Assembly (NCBI GenBank): GCA_030167865.1
Contig: JALAGF010005683.1
Span: forward strand, 1-48,062
DNA: 48,062 bases
Direction of reading: 5' to 3'
Source of the DNA: Craspedostauros australis
Taxonomy: Eukaryota
Shown here: positions 45,300 to 48,062 of the stretch, one piece after another
How the letters are laid out: each line of letters starts with the position of its first letter
Position numbering within the stretch: position 1 is the first letter of the stretch
Notes under the pieces: generated by a model
Seen by the model: the letters and a program-made list of their open reading frames with translations, nothing else
Told to the model about the DNA's origin: nothing
Databases searched by the model: none
Position numbers and translations under genes: made by a program

Positions 45300-46191
45300 G
45301 CATTGCAACTCGGGAAACAACAGCATTGGATCATTTGCGATCAGGCTTCTGGGACGGTACGCCAATTGCATCTTATGGGTGACGGTCTCCGTGGAACGTT
45401 TCCACTGGAAGCATCTTGCTTTTATGGCATGGACGAGATACAAAACCGGAGAGTATCCTTCATTGCGTGGCACAATCTCGAATTACATTGAAGCACTAGC
45501 GAATCTGCTCAAACTGCAAGCCAGCAACCCCGGATTTTCTGGAACGATACCCTCTGAGATTGGGCATCTCACAGATCTCGACTGGCTGAATATTTTCCAA
45601 ACCAACATCACTGGTCCAATCCCAAGAGAGATCGAACGTGTGACAATGCTGACAGAGATCTCAGTGGGTGGTAGCAAGCTGAATGGAACACTACCAAGTC
45701 AGATGGGCAACCTCTCAAAGTTGTGTGTCCTCGTTCTATCAGATACAGATGTATCTGGACACATACCTACCCAATTATCCAACATCATGAGCTTTAGCAC
45801 CATTAGCCTGGTGAACACACAAGTGGTCGGCAATATTGACCTCATCTTCTGCCTACGTGATCCAAATAAGATCCAGGTTCCTTTGATCAGGGCTGACTGC
45901 GGTGATCATGGCGAGCTCCTGTCACCTGTGACATGCTCCTGTTGCGACTGGTGTCGCACCAACCGAGGAGATTGCAGATCGAACTGGGGACTCGGAGCTG
46001 AGACCTGCTTCTATGGAGCCTGCGTGTGGCGTGACGATTCCAGATCCCCGCCATCATACGACAAGTGCTTGGGAATAGGCAACCCGAGCGCCACAGGAAG
46101 ATGCGGCGGTGAACGAAACGCTGTGCCGGGCATCTTGCGCACGGGATACGGACACCGAGACTTGCGGGCCGAGCGATCTGCAATTGCATAG
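45300..46191 (+). pseudogene. 5'-truncated, frameshifted paralog of the LRR gene
   Basis: ICDQASGTVRQLHLMGDGLRGTFPLEASCFY in one frame switches near 45445 to LRGTISNYI...GTIPSEIGHLTDL...DLIFCLRD...ADCGDHGELLSPVTCSCCDWC...TCFYGACVW. A second shift near 46100 gives LCRASCARDTDTETCGP (vs LCQASCEWDFDTATCRP). Confidence 0.85.
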
Positions 46192-47638
46192 GACCCGGTT
46201 ACTCTAGGAAGCGTGCATCTGAGCCGTAATGACTTTTATGACCTATCTGAAACTTTGCACACAGATAGACCTATAGGTGGAGGGCTACTGTGTGAAATAT
46301 TGCCCCCCCTACGAGCATTATTATGAGCCCGATCAGTGAGTCGACCAATCGTTTGAAATGAAGAGTGTAGTCGAATTTCTGGGATTTTCAAACTAAGCAC
46401 ATATTCGCAATCTTCATAGATCTAAAACTTATACCAATCCATTCCAGTTCCGAGGTTGGCCCTATTTTATGTTTTATGGACCGATGGATTTGCACATTCG
46501 TCCATCTCCTTCGGGTTTCAGCCTTTTGGCTACGACTACATCGATCCAAGTTAACCCTTTGCTGTTCTTCTGTTGAGCAAGTTTGTTCCCATTTTGAATT
46601 GTTTAGTCTCTTCCTGAGGCGTTCCGATCAGACCATCCAACACCCGTCCACGATAGCACTAGTTGTAGAGTTGTGGGAGAAGCGGTGAGCGTGCGTTTAA
46701 GTTCAATTTACCCTCCGTTTGTCTGATCCGTCGTCTACGTCACCAAACTGGTTGCTGCGTCATGAACCACCAATCACAGGACGACATGAAACATCGTCTT
46801 GTGTGTTTCGTTGTGACGGAAGGGTTGAGTGTGGTTGGTACTCCCGAAGTGTTTTGTGTCATGCTGCCTTCGTTCATTTTGGTACAATAGTTGATAATTG
46901 CCTCAGACCCCAATATGTGCGACTGGTTGAGAGCGCCAAACTCGAAACAACAACATGACGATGGCGGAAACCCAAAAAAAATCCCACAATGGCCGTCCAA
47001 CGGCATCCTCGGCGCCGCACCAACCAGCGGTCCAACGACAAATCCAAGCACATCGCCGTCACCGCCATGCAACCCTTGGTGGGTGGACGAGCGGAGGCTG
47101 CGAGAGCGGTTGATTTGGGGCCGCCGCAGGCCTCCGCGCAAACGTCTCCAAAATGCGGCAAATTGGCTCGTTGGATGTGGCCTGTGTGCTCCATACACAG
47201 CCCACACCAACACCTTTGGAGGGTCAAGGCACATCCAAGAGGCCATCACCAACGCGCCCACGAAGTTTGAGGGTCGGGGAGGATCGGGAAGGTGTCCGCG
47301 CGGAGGGAAAGGTGGAGGGCAAGAGCTTTGTTGGGCGGGTCGCGGCGTACCCATCACATGGCTTTGGCAGTGAGGGGGAGGCATCATCAAGCCACCCAAT
47401 CGCCAACTAACCCATACAAGATGCGTGCGCCACCAACGGAAGATGGTCCTGACGAAGTTTGCGCCTTCGATATTGTCTGGAAGAGGCTGCGGCCTCGAAT
47501 GAGTACAGACAGGTCATTTTTTGGTGGGGCGCCCAAAAAAGCAACGGCATCATCATATGGAGGTGTACCACCCGTACCATTCATGTCCAGCCCCCTCTGG
47601 ATGCGTCAGCGTGTCGCCAGGGAGTGTGGGAATGCACG

Positions 47639-47943
47639 AGGGTCATGTGGAGGAGCTGAAAGGGTCATGTGGATGAGGTATGGATCCGTATCCATACCGC
47701 GTCCGGCTTGCAAATCGTTTTTTGAAATCGCTTTTTTTNNNNNNNNNNNNNNNNNNNNNNNNNNNNNNNNNNNNNNNNNNNNNNNNNNNNNNNNNNNNNN
47801 NNNNNNNNNNNNNNNNNNNNNNNNNNNNNNNNNNNNNNNNNNNNNNNNNNNNNNNNNNNNNNNNNNNNNNNNNNNNNNNNNNNNNNNNNNNNNNNNNNNN
47901 NNNNNNNNNNTTTTGTGAATCCACCACACAACAGTGTGGTGGA
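47639..47943. repeat. Direct repeat plus two perfect hairpins flanking an assembly gap (possible mobile-element end)
   Basis: AGGGTCATGTGGA at 47639-47651 and 47661-47673. Hairpin GGTATGGAT-ccgt-ATCCATACC at 47677-47698. Hairpin TCCACCACAC-aaca-GTGTGGTGGA at 47920-47943. Confidence 0.6.
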
Positions 47944-48062
47944 CCAACATGACAATAAAAATAACTTCTATTTCAATCTACCTTCGATATTCTGATGCAT
48001 TGATAGTCATGTGTACGTATGCAATGTATAGATTTAATTGTAAACCATGTATTATTGAGATA

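Noticed and set aside
1..48062. CRISPR arrays, tRNA/rRNA genes, telomeric repeats
   Set aside because: No regularly spaced repeat-spacer units, cloverleafs, rRNA-like or telomere sequences seen by eye; tRNAscan-SE or Infernal would be decisive.

Overview
Eukaryotic nuclear DNA, most likely a diatom. This is inferred from the compact gene layout, GT-AG introns, an ASAF-like bipartite plastid-targeting signal and diatom-type HSF, LRR, ankyrin and RNI families. About 15 intact genes are recognisable: an RNI/LRR-like protein spanning assembly gaps, D-2-hydroxyacid dehydrogenase, an ankyrin-like protein, a complex I NDUFB4/B15-like subunit, a 3-exon cold-shock-domain protein, a secreted DUF2141 protein, QSOX, an RsuA/RluF-type pseudouridine synthase, a 2-exon putative thylakoid-lumen protein whose CDS overlaps convergent ATE1, ATE1, a 2-exon double-HSF-domain transcription factor, mitochondrial uL11, a 2-exon DxD glycosyltransferase-like protein, a tandem U-box protein and a type II membrane LRR protein. 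Decayed genes include an FAD-monooxygenase pseudogene and two pseudogenised LRR paralogs flanking the intact LRR gene. There is also a ~7 kb gene-poor interval upstream of the HSF gene, a recurring non-coding TACGAGTA motif and a hairpin/direct-repeat-rich end next to a gap. I see no rRNA, tRNA, CRISPR array or intact transposase, and I cannot support a clearly novel multi-gene system. The best leads are listed as findings.
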